64,000 bases of DNA from Gammaproteobacteria bacterium (lineage in GTDB: Bacteria > Pseudomonadota > Gammaproteobacteria > JACKNK01): positions 204,782 to 268,781 of the forward strand of contig JACKNK010000006.1 in the NCBI GenBank assembly GCA_024234955.1, given 5' to 3'. The stretch's first letter is position 1. The number at the start of each line of letters is the position of its first letter. The notes below the pieces were generated by a model. That model had not been told where the DNA came from. It ran no database searches and saw only the letters and a program-made list of their open reading frames with translations. This document shows, in pieces, positions 9,823 through 19,556 of the stretch. Made by a program: the position numbers and the translations under genes.

Positions 9823-9888
9823 CGGGGTATGGGGGGAGCGTAGCTAGCGCATCGAACAGGGTCAAAACCTGTGTGCTGATTTCGTCGG

Positions 9889-9917
9889 GTGCATCAGCAA
9901 ACGCTGATCGGTATAAT
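9889..9917 (+). promoter_or_regulatory. Candidate sigma70 promoter for the cytochrome c gene
   Basis: Perfect TATAAT at 9912-9917 with a weak -35 (GTGCAT) 17 nt upstream. About 100 nt upstream of the GTG start. Confidence 0.25.
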
Positions 9918-10021
9918 CCGAACGTTTTTCCGCCCGATTTCCATCAACCACGTTTTTAACTATTGCCACTTGGACCGCATTTCCGGTCTCACAGTTCGGC
10001 GCTTTTGCAAGGGGGTTCCGC

Positions 10022-10999
10022 GTGAGCGATCACGACAGCAGTTTCTTCAAGACCTTCGTCGGCGTACTCGGCTTTCTGGTTGTTCTCGCCTTCGTCATCT
10101 TCTTTGTTGCTCAGTACGTCATCGACAAGTCCGGCATCAACGACAACGCCGAAACCCAGTCGATCCGTGATGAAGCCATCGCCAAGCGCATCGCACCGGA
10201 AGGCAAGGTTCGCATGATGGGCGACGCCGAGATCGCCAGCGCCTCCGCCGGTGCCGCCTCCGCCGGTCCGAAGAGCGCCAAGGACATCGTCGCCGCGACC
10301 TGCGCCGGCTGTCATGGTTCGGGCGTGCTGGGTGCGCCGAAGATTGGCGACAAGGCGTCCTGGGACGCGCGTTATGCAGGCGGTCTGGATGCGCTGGTCG
10401 CCTCCGCGATCGCCGGCAAGGGTGCGATGCCCCCGCGCGGTGGCAATGCCTCGCTGTCCGACGAAGAAGTCCGCGCGGCCATCGAGCAGATGCTGGCCGA
10501 TTCGGGGCTTGACGTCAGCGTGTCCGACCTGACCGCCGGTGCTGCGGCCTCCGAAGCGGCCCCGACTGCGACGTCGGATGCGGCGCCCGTTGCCGAAGCG
10601 GAAACTGCGGCCAACCCGGTTGCGGCGGCCACTGAAGCGGTGACCCATGCCGCCAGCGCGATGGCCGACTCCGCCGCTGCGGTCGCCGGTAGCGTCGCGG
10701 ACGCTGCCGGTAACGCAGCGACAGCGGTCAGCGAAGCGGTTGCTCCGGCAGCCGACAGTGCGCGCGGCAAAGAGGTTTACGGCATGGCTTGTGTCGCTTG
10801 TCATGCCGTCGGTGTTGCCGGTGCCCCGCGTCTTGGCGACAAGGCCAGCTGGTCCGCACGCATTGCTCAGGGCATCGACACCCTGCACACGCATGCCCTG
10901 AAGGGCTTCCGTGGCATGCCGCCGAAGGGAGGCCGCATGGACCTGAGCGATTCGGACGTCGCCGCAGCGGTCGATTACATGGTCTCGCAGGCCCAGTAA
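10022..10999 (+). CDS. Membrane-anchored dihaem cytochrome c (c5-like domains)
   Basis: GTG start. N-terminal TM helix. Two CXXCH motifs (CAGCH, CVACH), each followed by GAMPPRG / GMPPKG. Ala-rich low-complexity linker between the two domains. Confidence 0.8.
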   Translation: MSDHDSSFFKTFVGVLGFLVVLAFVIFFVAQYVIDKSGINDNAETQSIRDEAIAKRIAPEGKVRMMGDAEIASASAGAASAGPKSAKDIVAATCAGCHGSGVLGAPKIGDKASWDARYAGGLDALVASAIAGKGAMPPRGGNASLSDEEVRAAIEQMLADSGLDVSVSDLTAGAAASEAAPTATSDAAPVAEAETAANPVAAATEAVTHAASAMADSAAAVAGSVADAAGNAATAVSEAVAPAADSARGKEVYGMACVACHAVGVAGAPRLGDKASWSARIAQGIDTLHTHALKGFRGMPPKGGRMDLSDSDVAAAVDYMVSQAQ

Positions 11000-11049
11000 T
11001 CCCTTGAATTGACCGATGGCGTGACGCCATCGGTCAAACGCTTCATGAA

Positions 11050-11086
11050 AAGCCCCATGCCGGATTCCGGTGTGGGGCTTTTTTTA
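11050..11086 (+). terminator. Rho-independent terminator
   Basis: GCCCCA-TG-CCGGA-T-TCCGG-TG-TGGGGC nested hairpin followed by TTTTTTT, 50 nt after the cytochrome c stop. Confidence 0.7.
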
Positions 11087-11115
11087 ATGTCGCCTTATCA
11101 CGAAGGCATTCCCGT

Positions 11116-11370
11116 ATGAATCCGAGCACCCTGATCGGCTTCGCAGCCGCGACACTCACCACGCTGGCGTTTCTGCCCCAGGTATTGCATACCCTGAAAT
11201 CGCGGGACACCAAAGGCCTGTCGTTGGCCATGTACGGCGCCTTCAGCGCCGGCGTGTTTCTCTGGCTGATCTATGGCGTGATGCTCCGGGAGTGGCCCAT
11301 CATCATTGCCAACGGCATCACCTTCCTGCTGGCCATGTCGGTGCTGGTTCTCAAGCTCCGCCACGGCTGA
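11116..11370 (+). CDS. SemiSWEET / PQ-loop family small membrane transporter
   Basis: 84 aa with 3 TM helices. LAFLPQVLHTLKSRDTKGLS contains the PQ motif. Confidence 0.7.
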   Translation: MNPSTLIGFAAATLTTLAFLPQVLHTLKSRDTKGLSLAMYGAFSAGVFLWLIYGVMLREWPIIIANGITFLLAMSVLVLKLRHG

Positions 11371-11373
11371 AGC

Positions 11374-11853
11374 TCAGCCCGGATAGATCGCCACCACGCG
11401 CCACTGCCAATCGGCAAACCCGAGGCGAAAATGCAGCGGGTTTCTGCCCAATTCGCCGACACGCACCATGAATCGATTCCAGTTATCGAAGAAGGCGTAA
11501 TCGATCCGACCGACGAGGGGGGGAAACTGCCCTTTTCGCGCCTCAGCGCCGGCAAGCTGGCCGCGCACCCAGTCCACATCGACCACGGTATCGACGGCAC
11601 TCTCACCCAAACGCTTGGCGCCCGCCCGGAGCATGCTGGAAATGGGGTCATCCCCCTGTCCGATGGCGGAGTTGGCCCGTTGTTCTATGCGGGTGCGCTG
11701 ATCTTCCTTGACCGTTGCGATGTCGATCAACGCGGCCAGTGTGGCCTTGTCATTCGCTTGCAGGGCCTGATCCAGGCGGTAAATCTGGGCATAGGGATAG
11801 GCCACCCAGAGGATGGCGGCGATAAGGATCAGGGAGGACAGCAGTTTCTTCAT
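11374..11853 (-). CDS. DUF2939-like periplasmic protein
   Basis: 159 aa. N-terminal signal/anchor MKKLLSSLILIAAILWVAY. Overlaps the stop of the upstream PEP-CTERM gene. Confidence 0.5.
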   Translation of the reverse strand: MKKLLSSLILIAAILWVAYPYAQIYRLDQALQANDKATLAALIDIATVKEDQRTRIEQRANSAIGQGDDPISSMLRAGAKRLGESAVDTVVDVDWVRGQLAGAEARKGQFPPLVGRIDYAFFDNWNRFMVRVGELGRNPLHFRLGFADWQWRVVAIYPG

Positions 11854-12878
11854 GTGACTCGTCGCAGTAAGGGAATGGTGGCCGACAACATCAGCAACAA
11901 GGTTGCCGGCTCGGGAATGGGCATTTCAACGCTGTTGATCGCGGCGACCACCGCACCGGCGGCGGCAATCCGGTTGTTGGTGTCGAAGCGGATGCTCTGT
12001 TCCATCTCGATATGCACGAAATCGGCGCCCAGGGACCGGGTGTAATCCCCCTGCACATTGGTGGTCGCGCCGAGGCCGGCGAAGTCCTGTCCATCGACTG
12101 AACCGTTGATGGCCTGGTTCAGCACATCATTTACGTCAAGCGTGTTGTAGCCGTAGGTCACCAGTCCCGCCGCTTCGAGAAACGCATCGACGGCGAGCAT
12201 ACCGCTGCTAACGCTGCCGTCGCCCGCCGTGACCACGGCATCGGTATCGGCGGGCATGATCGGATGATTGTCCAGGTTGAAACCGTGTATCTGCCAGGCG
12301 TCGCGTTCCCCGGCCCCGGTCCACGCTTCATGCACTTCCTGAAAGATCGATTCGGTCAGGTGGGCCACATCGGCGGTCCCGACACCGTTGGCATTGCGGT
12401 GCGCGCCCGCCATCAGGAACCCTGCCGCGTTCACATCCCGGTAGATGCTGGCGGCGATTTCCCAGCTGTTGGTGTCAAAGCGCGGGTGCGGCGCCTCGAT
12501 CAGGACCTGGACATCGGCGCCGGTGTTGAAAAAGTACGATCCCCAGCCACGGGTCTGCTGATCGTTGACCAGTTGCTCACGCAGGCCGAGATACGTGTTC
12601 CCGGTGTTGCTGTCGGTGAATTCAACGACTTCGTAGTCCAGGGCGGCGGCCTGCGCATCCGCCGAGACCGTATCGCCACTGGCGATGCTGTTGGCGAGAC
12701 TGCGAAAGGCGCTGCGTTGGGCCAGATCCGGCGCCACATACAGATTGCTCCCGGAGACGAAACTGAGGTTCTTGAGGCGCTCGACTTCATCAATGAAGCT
12801 GCCGCTCTCGATGAGCATGGCCTGGGCCTGACTGCCCATGAACAAAATACCGGCGGCGACCAATCTTTCCAGACGCAT
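11850..12878 (-). CDS. Secreted protein with a C-terminal PEP-CTERM sorting signal (putative exosortase substrate), function unknown
   Basis: Start MRLERLVAAGILFMGSQAQA is a signal peptide. C-terminus PIPEPATLLLMLSATIPLLRRVT has a PEP motif, a TM helix and basic residues. The raw ORF's long N-terminal extension (694 aa) is rejected. Confidence 0.65.
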   Translation of the reverse strand: MRLERLVAAGILFMGSQAQAMLIESGSFIDEVERLKNLSFVSGSNLYVAPDLAQRSAFRSLANSIASGDTVSADAQAAALDYEVVEFTDSNTGNTYLGLREQLVNDQQTRGWGSYFFNTGADVQVLIEAPHPRFDTNSWEIAASIYRDVNAAGFLMAGAHRNANGVGTADVAHLTESIFQEVHEAWTGAGERDAWQIHGFNLDNHPIMPADTDAVVTAGDGSVSSGMLAVDAFLEAAGLVTYGYNTLDVNDVLNQAINGSVDGQDFAGLGATTNVQGDYTRSLGADFVHIEMEQSIRFDTNNRIAAAGAVVAAINSVEMPIPEPATLLLMLSATIPLLRRVT

Positions 12879-12944
12879 TAGAAACCGAGCCCAACCTGTC
12901 AAACACAGGCCAAATACCAGAGCGGCGCAGATTATCATGCCACC

Positions 12945-14759
12945 ATGAACAGCCCGACCATCGTTTACCGCATCCACCCCGTCGATCCGAAACTGCACAC
13001 CTTCGAGATCGTGCTCGAAATCGCCTCTCCCGACCCCGCCGGTCAGCGTCTCAGCATGCCGGCCTGGATACCCGGGAGTTACATGATTCGCGACTTTGCG
13101 CGGAACGTGACTCAGCTCGCCGCCGAATCGGCCGGCCAGTCGGTGGCAACGCGCAAGCTCGACAAGCAGACCTGGATCTGCGATCCCTGCACCGGCCCGC
13201 TCACCATCCGTTATCAGGTCTATGCCTGGGATCTTTCGGTCCGTAGCGCACACCTGGACACCACCCACGCGTATTTCAACGGCAGTTCGGTGTTTCTCGC
13301 GGTTGACGGCCAGACGGACAAGCCGTGCGCGGTGGACATCCAGCCCCCGGCGCGGGATGCCGTGACCGAGGTTGCGCAATGGCAGGTCGCGACCAGCCTG
13401 CCTCGCGACGGCGCCGCAAAGCACGGCTTCGGCAGGTACCGGGCCGACGATTACGACGCGCTGATCGACCACCCGGTCGAGATCGGCAATCTCACCTTCC
13501 TCGCCTGGGAATCGCATGGCGTACCGCACGAGATGGCGATATACGGTCGCCACGATGCCGATACCGACCGTCTGGCGGCAGACCTGAAACGCATCTGCGA
13601 AACCCATATCGATCTGTTCGGGCAACCCGCGCCGATGGATTACTACCTGTTCCTGGTCATGGCGGTCGGCGACGGTGTCGGTGGGCTCGAGCATCGCGCC
13701 TCGACCAGCCTGATATGCCGTCGCGACGATTTGCCGCGACGGGGTGCCGCAGGGATCGACAAGGGTTATCGGGACTTCCTCGGCCTGTGCAGCCACGAGT
13801 ATTTCCATACCTGGAACGTGAAACGCATCAAGCCGACGGTGTTTCTGCCCTACGACCTGTCGCAGGAAGTGCATACCCCATTGCTCTGGGCCTTCGAAGG
13901 CATCACCTCGTATTACGACGATCTCGGTCTGCATCGTTCCGGACTCGTCGATACGGCTGACTATCTCGACCTTCTGGCCAAGACCTTGACCCGAGTTCAG
14001 CGCGCGACCGGTCGTCGCCGCCAGACCGTGACCGAATCGAGCTTCGATACCTGGACGCGCTTCTACAAACAGGATGAAAACGCTCCGAATGCCATCGTCA
14101 GTTACTACACCAAGGGCGCCCAGGTGGCCTTGGCGCTGGATCTGAAATTACGTCTCGAGAGCGACGGGGCCGCCACTCTCGACGACCTGATGCGTCGCCT
14201 TTGGCAAGACTTCGGCCAGCGGAGTCGCGGTGTGGGCGACGATGACATTCAGGCCCTTGCCAGCGAGCTGGCGGGGACCGATCTCAGCGCATTTTTCACC
14301 AAGGCCCTGCATTCCACCGACGACATCGAGCTCGCCGATCTGCTTGGTGAGTTCGGTGTCGATTGGGTGTTGCGTGCGGCCGCGAACGCCGATGACGCCG
14401 GCGGACGCATCCCGACCGCTTCGACACCGCGCGTCGTGCTTGGCGCCCGCATCGGGGAAGACCCCGTCGGGGCGCGTGTACTCAATGTGTATGAACACGG
14501 CGCAGCGCATCAAGCCGGGCTTTCAGCGGGTGACGTGATCATTGCTGTGGATGGTCTGCGGGCCACCAGCAAAACCCTGGATGCGACGATCGCCCGGGGC
14601 GGCGAACGGCCGCGCACGATCAGCGCCTTTCGGCGCGATGAATTGATGAGTTTCACGTTGCGGCCCTTGCCCGCACCGCACGACACTATCGAACTGCGCC
14701 TGTCCGAGGCGACCGACGCCTCTCGCCGAGAGCGCCGCGCTTCATGGCTTCAAGACTGA
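12945..14759 (+). CDS. M61 family glycyl aminopeptidase with C-terminal PDZ domain
   Basis: 604 aa with the HEYFHTWN zinc-binding motif and a C-terminal PDZ-like region (GARVLNVYEHGAAHQAGLSAGDVIIAVDG). Confidence 0.8.
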   Translation: MNSPTIVYRIHPVDPKLHTFEIVLEIASPDPAGQRLSMPAWIPGSYMIRDFARNVTQLAAESAGQSVATRKLDKQTWICDPCTGPLTIRYQVYAWDLSVRSAHLDTTHAYFNGSSVFLAVDGQTDKPCAVDIQPPARDAVTEVAQWQVATSLPRDGAAKHGFGRYRADDYDALIDHPVEIGNLTFLAWESHGVPHEMAIYGRHDADTDRLAADLKRICETHIDLFGQPAPMDYYLFLVMAVGDGVGGLEHRASTSLICRRDDLPRRGAAGIDKGYRDFLGLCSHEYFHTWNVKRIKPTVFLPYDLSQEVHTPLLWAFEGITSYYDDLGLHRSGLVDTADYLDLLAKTLTRVQRATGRRRQTVTESSFDTWTRFYKQDENAPNAIVSYYTKGAQVALALDLKLRLESDGAATLDDLMRRLWQDFGQRSRGVGDDDIQALASELAGTDLSAFFTKALHSTDDIELADLLGEFGVDWVLRAAANADDAGGRIPTASTPRVVLGARIGEDPVGARVLNVYEHGAAHQAGLSAGDVIIAVDGLRATSKTLDATIARGGERPRTISAFRRDELMSFTLRPLPAPHDTIELRLSEATDASRRERRASWLQD

Positions 14760-14783
14760 TCCGGTTGCCGGTCTTTTTGCGTC

Positions 14784-15146
14784 TCAATGTCCTTTGAGAC
14801 GCAAGGGCATGTCATCGAATTCAATGCCACCCCAGCCATAGGCCATGAAATTGCGGATATTGCGGTGATCGTTGCCGTCCGGGTCCGCGAGGACCGCCCG
14901 ATAATGCTCCCCGAAAGCGGCCAGCACGGCTTCATCGATGAGATTGTTGATCAGTCCGAAGGCAAACAACTTGCAGGCACCCTGATTCTGCCCGGCCGGG
15001 TTTTCCAGCAGGTCATCACCCAGGCCGCTGCGGAAGGCGCAGGGATGGTAGTCGTACAAGGCCTCGATCAGATTCAGCGTATCGGCAAACTCGACCTCTT
15101 CCTGGGCGAGACGCGCAATGAATTCGTCCAGTGCAATCGGGTTCAT
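14784..15146 (-). CDS. HopJ type III effector family protein
   Basis: MNPIALDEFIARL...ALYDYHPCAF...FMAYGWGGIEFDD. ATG at 15146 with a GGAGC RBS. Confidence 0.65.
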   Translation of the reverse strand: MNPIALDEFIARLAQEEVEFADTLNLIEALYDYHPCAFRSGLGDDLLENPAGQNQGACKLFAFGLINNLIDEAVLAAFGEHYRAVLADPDGNDHRNIRNFMAYGWGGIEFDDMPLRLKGH

Positions 15147-15185
15147 ATCGGAGCTCCGGGGCGTTGGGGCCGCGAGCATAGCCGC

Positions 15186-16256
15186 TCAGTCGTATCGCCG
15201 AAAACCGATCAGAGCGAGGCCGGCACCCAACAGTGCCAGCGGCATCGGCATCGGAACGCCATTGAGTTGGTCCGGGGTCAGCAACAACACATGGCGGTTG
15301 CCATTGATATCCAGCGCATCGACCAGGATCTGACCGAGATCGTTGATGGCATTGGCGCGTTCAATCGTCCAGCCCGTTGCCCCGGGATCGAGCAGGGTAT
15401 TGAGGTCATAGAACATGCCACCGCTGAACAAGAAGGCATAAATACCGGAAAGCCCATCGACGTAACCGATCGCCTGACCGTAATTATTGACATCCTGGGC
15501 GTAGGACCAGCGTTCGCCTGACAAGGCGCCCAAGTCCACCAGATCACCATTCGCTTCCCAGAGAATTGCATGGGTATCGCCGCCGGCCGTCTGGGCCCAT
15601 CCGACCGTGACGTTGTTGTCGTTGATGGCGTTGGCGCGAGCGCCCTGATTGGAATCCAGACCATCCAGGGTAACGACATCGCCATTGCTGGTGGCCCGGA
15701 AGCCGCGCTGCACGCTGCCGCCGTTGGCTTCATAGTGGCCGGCAATGGTGCCGCTTGCGTTGATGTCCAGGCCTTCGCTATACGTCGGCCCGAGTTCGGC
15801 CAATGGCGCACCGGTGCTGATGTCGTCGGCCCAGCGCGTCGCTTCACCCGTGCCGTTGTTGTAGACCGTCCCCGCAATCTGGCCACTATTGTTGATGGCG
15901 CCGACATAGGAGCCGCTACCGGTATGGCTCAGCGTATTGCTGGTCGTTCCGGAGAAGGATTGGGTGCTGTAGCCAGCCCCGATATATCCCACCACCGTTC
16001 CGGAGTCGTTGATGCCGACGCCTCTTCCGGTGCCCAGGACGGTCTCGGTGACCCCCCCGAACGTGTCCCACCGCACCGCATTTCCATCATGCGTACCGGC
16101 GATCTGTCCGGATTCGTTCAGGTCCAGGCCTTCCACGTCCGCGCTCAATCCGATGCCCTGAGCGACATCCGTGATGGTGAAGACCACGGCGTGTGCGGAA
16201 GCCCCGAGGATCAGCGAGAACGCGCCGATGAATATTGCCAAGCGGTTCGACGTCAT
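15186..16256 (-). CDS. HAF-repeat extracellular protein with a variant PEP-CTERM-like C-terminal anchor
   Basis: Signal peptide MTSNRLAIFIGAFSLILGASAHA. Repeated NDSGTVVGY / NNSGQIAGT / NASGTIAGH / NNYGQAIGY units. Tail VPMPMPLALLGAGLALIGFRRYD. GGAG Shine-Dalgarno before the second ATG, at 16256. Confidence 0.65.
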   Translation of the reverse strand: MTSNRLAIFIGAFSLILGASAHAVVFTITDVAQGIGLSADVEGLDLNESGQIAGTHDGNAVRWDTFGGVTETVLGTGRGVGINDSGTVVGYIGAGYSTQSFSGTTSNTLSHTGSGSYVGAINNSGQIAGTVYNNGTGEATRWADDISTGAPLAELGPTYSEGLDINASGTIAGHYEANGGSVQRGFRATSNGDVVTLDGLDSNQGARANAINDNNVTVGWAQTAGGDTHAILWEANGDLVDLGALSGERWSYAQDVNNYGQAIGYVDGLSGIYAFLFSGGMFYDLNTLLDPGATGWTIERANAINDLGQILVDALDINGNRHVLLLTPDQLNGVPMPMPLALLGAGLALIGFRRYD

Positions 16257-16400
16257 ATCCGTCTCCATGTCGATGAATCGTTGTCGCCGTCCTTAGCAAA
16301 ACTCGCGCCTCAGCGGTCGGAAACACGGCGGGACAGCGGAAAATGACGCATCTCGATCCGGGGTGTCACGCGGCTCGCGACATCGTTGTCAGGTCGGCTG

Positions 16401-16838
16401 TCAGTCCGCTTCGACCTTCAAGCTGGCACCGTCCACGCCGACAACCTTCACACGGCTGCCTGCCGGCATGTCGTCGCCGACCGCGCGCCACAGGCTGTCC
16501 CCGACACGGACCCGGCCAACACCGTTATCGATGGCCGTTTCCAGCGTGAAACTGCGACCGATGTATTGTTCGCCACGGCGATTCAGGTTGGGCTGATCGG
16601 TCTCTTCCGGATACTTCCGGAACCACATCCTCCAGCCCACGATGGTGGCGATCGAAAGGCCCGCGAAGATCAGGAACTGGGCTTCCCAGGTCATGACCGG
16701 GATCAGCCAGAGCAGGAAACCGACCGCAATTGCGGCCACGCCCATCCAGACGAAGAACGCCCCCGGCGCAAACGCTTCGAGGATCACCAGGGCGACGCCG
16801 AGGATCCACCAATGCCAGAAGTCCGGGCTGTAATTCAT
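16401..16838 (-). CDS. NfeD family membrane protein (short form)
   Basis: 145 aa: N-terminal TM helices plus a C-terminal OB-fold. Overlaps the stop of the SPFH gene. Classic NfeD-stomatin pairing. Confidence 0.75.
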   Translation of the reverse strand: MNYSPDFWHWWILGVALVILEAFAPGAFFVWMGVAAIAVGFLLWLIPVMTWEAQFLIFAGLSIATIVGWRMWFRKYPEETDQPNLNRRGEQYIGRSFTLETAIDNGVGRVRVGDSLWRAVGDDMPAGSRVKVVGVDGASLKVEAD

Positions 16839-17755
16839 GATTTCTTTTCCATCGCGGCCTTGGCGAGTTCGGCGACGCCACCGATGGCACCGATCACACC
16901 TGACGCCTCCATCGGCATGAAGATCAACTTCTGGTTGGGTGCCGATCCGATGGTTTGCAGGGCTTCGACGTATTTCTGCGCGACGAAGTAGTTGATTGCC
17001 TGAACATCGCCCTGGGCGATCGCCACCGAGACCACCTGGGTTGCCTTGGCTTCTGCCTCAGCAAGTCGCTCACGCGCCTCGGCCTCGCGGAACGCGGCCT
17101 CTTTCTGGCCTTCCGCCTTGAGCACCGCCGCCTGCTTGTCGCCATCCGCCTTGAGGATTTCGGCCTGACGCTTGCCTTCGGCTTCGAGAATCGAGGCCCG
17201 CTTGTCGCGCTCGGCCTTCATCTGGCGCGCCATCGACTCAACCAGATCGGTTGGCGGCGAGATGTCCTTGATCTCGATTCGGGTGACCTTGACGCCCCAG
17301 GGTGTGGTGGCTTCATCGACCACGGTCAGCAACCGGGCATTGATTTCGTCCCGCTTGGAGAGCAGTTCGTCCAGGTCCATCGAGCCCATGACGGTACGGA
17401 TGTTGGTCATGGTGAGATTCAGGGTCGCGTACTCGCGGTTGTTGACCTCGTAGGCGGCCTTTGCCGAATCGAGCACTTGATAGAACACCACGCCGTCCAC
17501 CGAGACCATCGCGTTGTCCTTGGTGATGATCTCCTGTGTCGGCACGTCCAGCACCTGTTCCATCATGTTCAGCTTCTGGCCGATCTGATCGACCACCGGC
17601 ACGATCAGATTCAGGCCCGGGCGCAGGCTGCGGGTGTATTTGCCGAACCGCTCCACCGTCCATTCGTTGCCCTGCGGCACCGACTTGACACCGAGGAATA
17701 TGACGACGGCGGCCAGGCCGAAGATGAACAATACGAGGATGCCGAATTCGCTCAT
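16835..17755 (-). CDS. SPFH/Band 7 (stomatin-like) protein
   Basis: 306 aa: N-terminal TM helix, SPFH core (…[25 protein letters not shown]…), coiled-coil tail. Confidence 0.85.
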   Translation of the reverse strand: MSEFGILVLFIFGLAAVVIFLGVKSVPQGNEWTVERFGKYTRSLRPGLNLIVPVVDQIGQKLNMMEQVLDVPTQEIITKDNAMVSVDGVVFYQVLDSAKAAYEVNNREYATLNLTMTNIRTVMGSMDLDELLSKRDEINARLLTVVDEATTPWGVKVTRIEIKDISPPTDLVESMARQMKAERDKRASILEAEGKRQAEILKADGDKQAAVLKAEGQKEAAFREAEARERLAEAEAKATQVVSVAIAQGDVQAINYFVAQKYVEALQTIGSAPNQKLIFMPMEASGVIGAIGGVAELAKAAMEKKS

Positions 17756-17856
17756 GGCAGACGCTCCGAGGGATTGAAAGTGGGGGCAGTATAGCCGTGC
17801 GCCTTGAGGTAACGTTGTGACACAGGTCGCACCTCCTGCGCACCGCTGTTTGAGCC

Positions 17857-18219
17857 ATGTCGATGTCCAGCAACCTGTTTACCGTTACCGCACCGTTGAT
17901 GATTCGATCCGCCGATGGCGGGGAGCACGTCATTGCGGAGCTGTTCGAGCATCCACTCGGTATCCTCTGGTTCGAACCGTATTGGCACCTTGGCGACCCG
18001 AAGACCACCTTGCACCTGGTCGAAGGCGAGGTGCGTGGCGAGGGTCCCTGGCGCGTTGCTGACCACATCCTCAACGTGCTCGGCTGCCACGGCACCAACG
18101 CCGAACTGGCCATCGGCTTTGAACGCTGGCGCGAATTTCTCCTCGACCCGGCGAGCGATTACCCACCGGTGGAGTTGGTCAAGGCCATTGCGCGTCATCG
18201 GGGCGCGATCACGGATTGA
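17857..18219 (+). CDS. Hypothetical protein
   Basis: 120-aa ORF with balanced composition in the gap between the SPFH and ttcA loci. No recognisable motif and no clear RBS. Confidence 0.35.
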   Translation: MSMSSNLFTVTAPLMIRSADGGEHVIAELFEHPLGILWFEPYWHLGDPKTTLHLVEGEVRGEGPWRVADHILNVLGCHGTNAELAIGFERWREFLLDPASDYPPVELVKAIARHRGAITD

Positions 18220-18224
18220 CCGCC

Positions 18225-18605
18225 TCAGTGCACCGGTACGATCACCGTATGAGGTCGGCGATCGACGTGGCGTTCACTGACTCGCACGGGCGCATCGACC
18301 ACCCGCAGATGATGTCCGCGATCGATGTAAAAGCGGCCCTTGTAGTACAGGTAATCGACTCGGTCGAAGCGGAACGCCAACGGCGCATCGGCATCGCGGA
18401 CGTAGATGGTCGGGCGCATATCACGGTCATGGGGCGCGCCGTATTCACGCTGCCGGTCGTCCTCACCGAGAATCCTGACGCGCGGATCGTTCGCCCAGAC
18501 CGCATCGTCGTGGTTGTCGAAACTGCGTGCCTGGGCTGCCGCCATCGGAAGCACGGTCAAGGTGAGCAGGGCCAACAAGGTGTTGCGCAAGGTGTCGTTC
18601 TTCAT
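18225..18605 (-). CDS. Hypothetical secreted protein
   Basis: 126 aa. Signal peptide MKNDTLRNTLLALLTLTVLPMAAAQA. Confidence 0.45.
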   Translation of the reverse strand: MKNDTLRNTLLALLTLTVLPMAAAQARSFDNHDDAVWANDPRVRILGEDDRQREYGAPHDRDMRPTIYVRDADAPLAFRFDRVDYLYYKGRFYIDRGHHLRVVDAPVRVSERHVDRRPHTVIVPVH

Positions 18606-18723
18606 GTCTTGATCTCTTCGTCGTTCTGGGACGGCGACAGAGTGACGGCGGAACGCGCAAACAATGCGTATTTAAACGTGCAACAAGCATGAAACCGCAG
18701 GCACTCGCTTACACTTCGCGGCC

Positions 18724-19485
18724 ATGAGTCACATGCCCAAGCCTCCCAAGTCCCTGTTGCGACCGGTCGGTCGAGCATTGGTGGATTACCGGATGATCGA
18801 AAACGGTGATCGCGTCCTGCTGGCCTTGTCCGGCGGCAAGGATTCACTCTCCCTGCTGCATCTGCTGCGCCATTTCCAGCGTCATGCCCCGGTGCAGTTC
18901 GATCTCGGCGCGGTCACCATCGATCCGGGCGCTGAGGATTTCGACCCGTCGCCACTCAAACCCTATCTGGCCGAACTGGGCATCCCGTATTTCTATCGCG
19001 AAGAACCCATCGTCGAACGCGCCAGGACACAGATGGGCAAGCCCTCGTACTGCGCCTTCTGTGCGCGCATGAAGCGCGGCTCGCTGTATTCCTGCGCGCG
19101 CGAGAACGGCTATAACGTACTCGCGCTGGGGCAGCACCTCGACGATCTGGCGGAGAGCTTTCTGATGTCGGCGCTGTTTGAAGGTCGGCTGAACACCATG
19201 AAGGCCAACTACATCAACCAGGCCGGGGACGTGCGCGTGATCCGCCCCCTGATCTACGCACGCGAACGACAGACCGCCGCGTTTGCCGTGCAGGCCGAAT
19301 TGCCGGTGATTTACGAAACCTGTCCGGCCTGTTTTGCGCATCCTTCTCAGCGGGCGCACATGAAGACGCTGCTCGCGCAGCAGGAGAAAGCCAATCGGCA
19401 GGTCTTCAAGACACTCCTGCATACGATGCGGCCATTGATGGCACGGGGCGTGTCCGGGTCTGATAATTCCGATGCAGAAAAGTAA
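18724..19485 (+). CDS. ttcA: tRNA 2-thiocytidine(32) synthetase TtcA
   Basis: SGGKDS PP-loop and the CAFCARMKRG / CPACF cysteine clusters. Confidence 0.85.
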   Translation: MSHMPKPPKSLLRPVGRALVDYRMIENGDRVLLALSGGKDSLSLLHLLRHFQRHAPVQFDLGAVTIDPGAEDFDPSPLKPYLAELGIPYFYREEPIVERARTQMGKPSYCAFCARMKRGSLYSCARENGYNVLALGQHLDDLAESFLMSALFEGRLNTMKANYINQAGDVRVIRPLIYARERQTAAFAVQAELPVIYETCPACFAHPSQRAHMKTLLAQQEKANRQVFKTLLHTMRPLMARGVSGSDNSDAEK

Positions 19486-19514
19486 AAAGGGGCACCGAAG
19501 AGGGTGCCCCTTTT
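19484..19514. terminator. Bidirectional rho-independent terminator between convergent ttcA and the rhodanese gene
   Basis: AAAAA-GGGGCACC-GAAGA-GGGTGCCCC-TTTT. Confidence 0.75.
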
Positions 19515-19556
19515 AATTTCCACGTTGCCCTGACTTGTTCAGGGTATACCGCGAGT

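Noticed and set aside
10251-10770. Ala-rich alternative-frame ORFs and apparent repetitiveness inside the cytochrome c gene
   Set aside because: This is the Ala/Ser-rich low-complexity linker between the two haem domains. There are no direct DNA repeats with spacers, so it is not CRISPR.
12264-12881. 205-aa plus-strand ORF inside the PEP-CTERM protein gene, and the 694-aa extended version of the minus ORF
   Set aside because: The plus ORF is antisense to a gene with a bona fide signal peptide and sorting tail. The minus-strand extension upstream of MRLERL lacks a start context and would overlap the M61 peptidase promoter region.
16386-16991. 201-aa plus-strand ORF across the NfeD/SPFH junction
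   Set aside because: It is antisense to two well-supported, translationally coupled genes.
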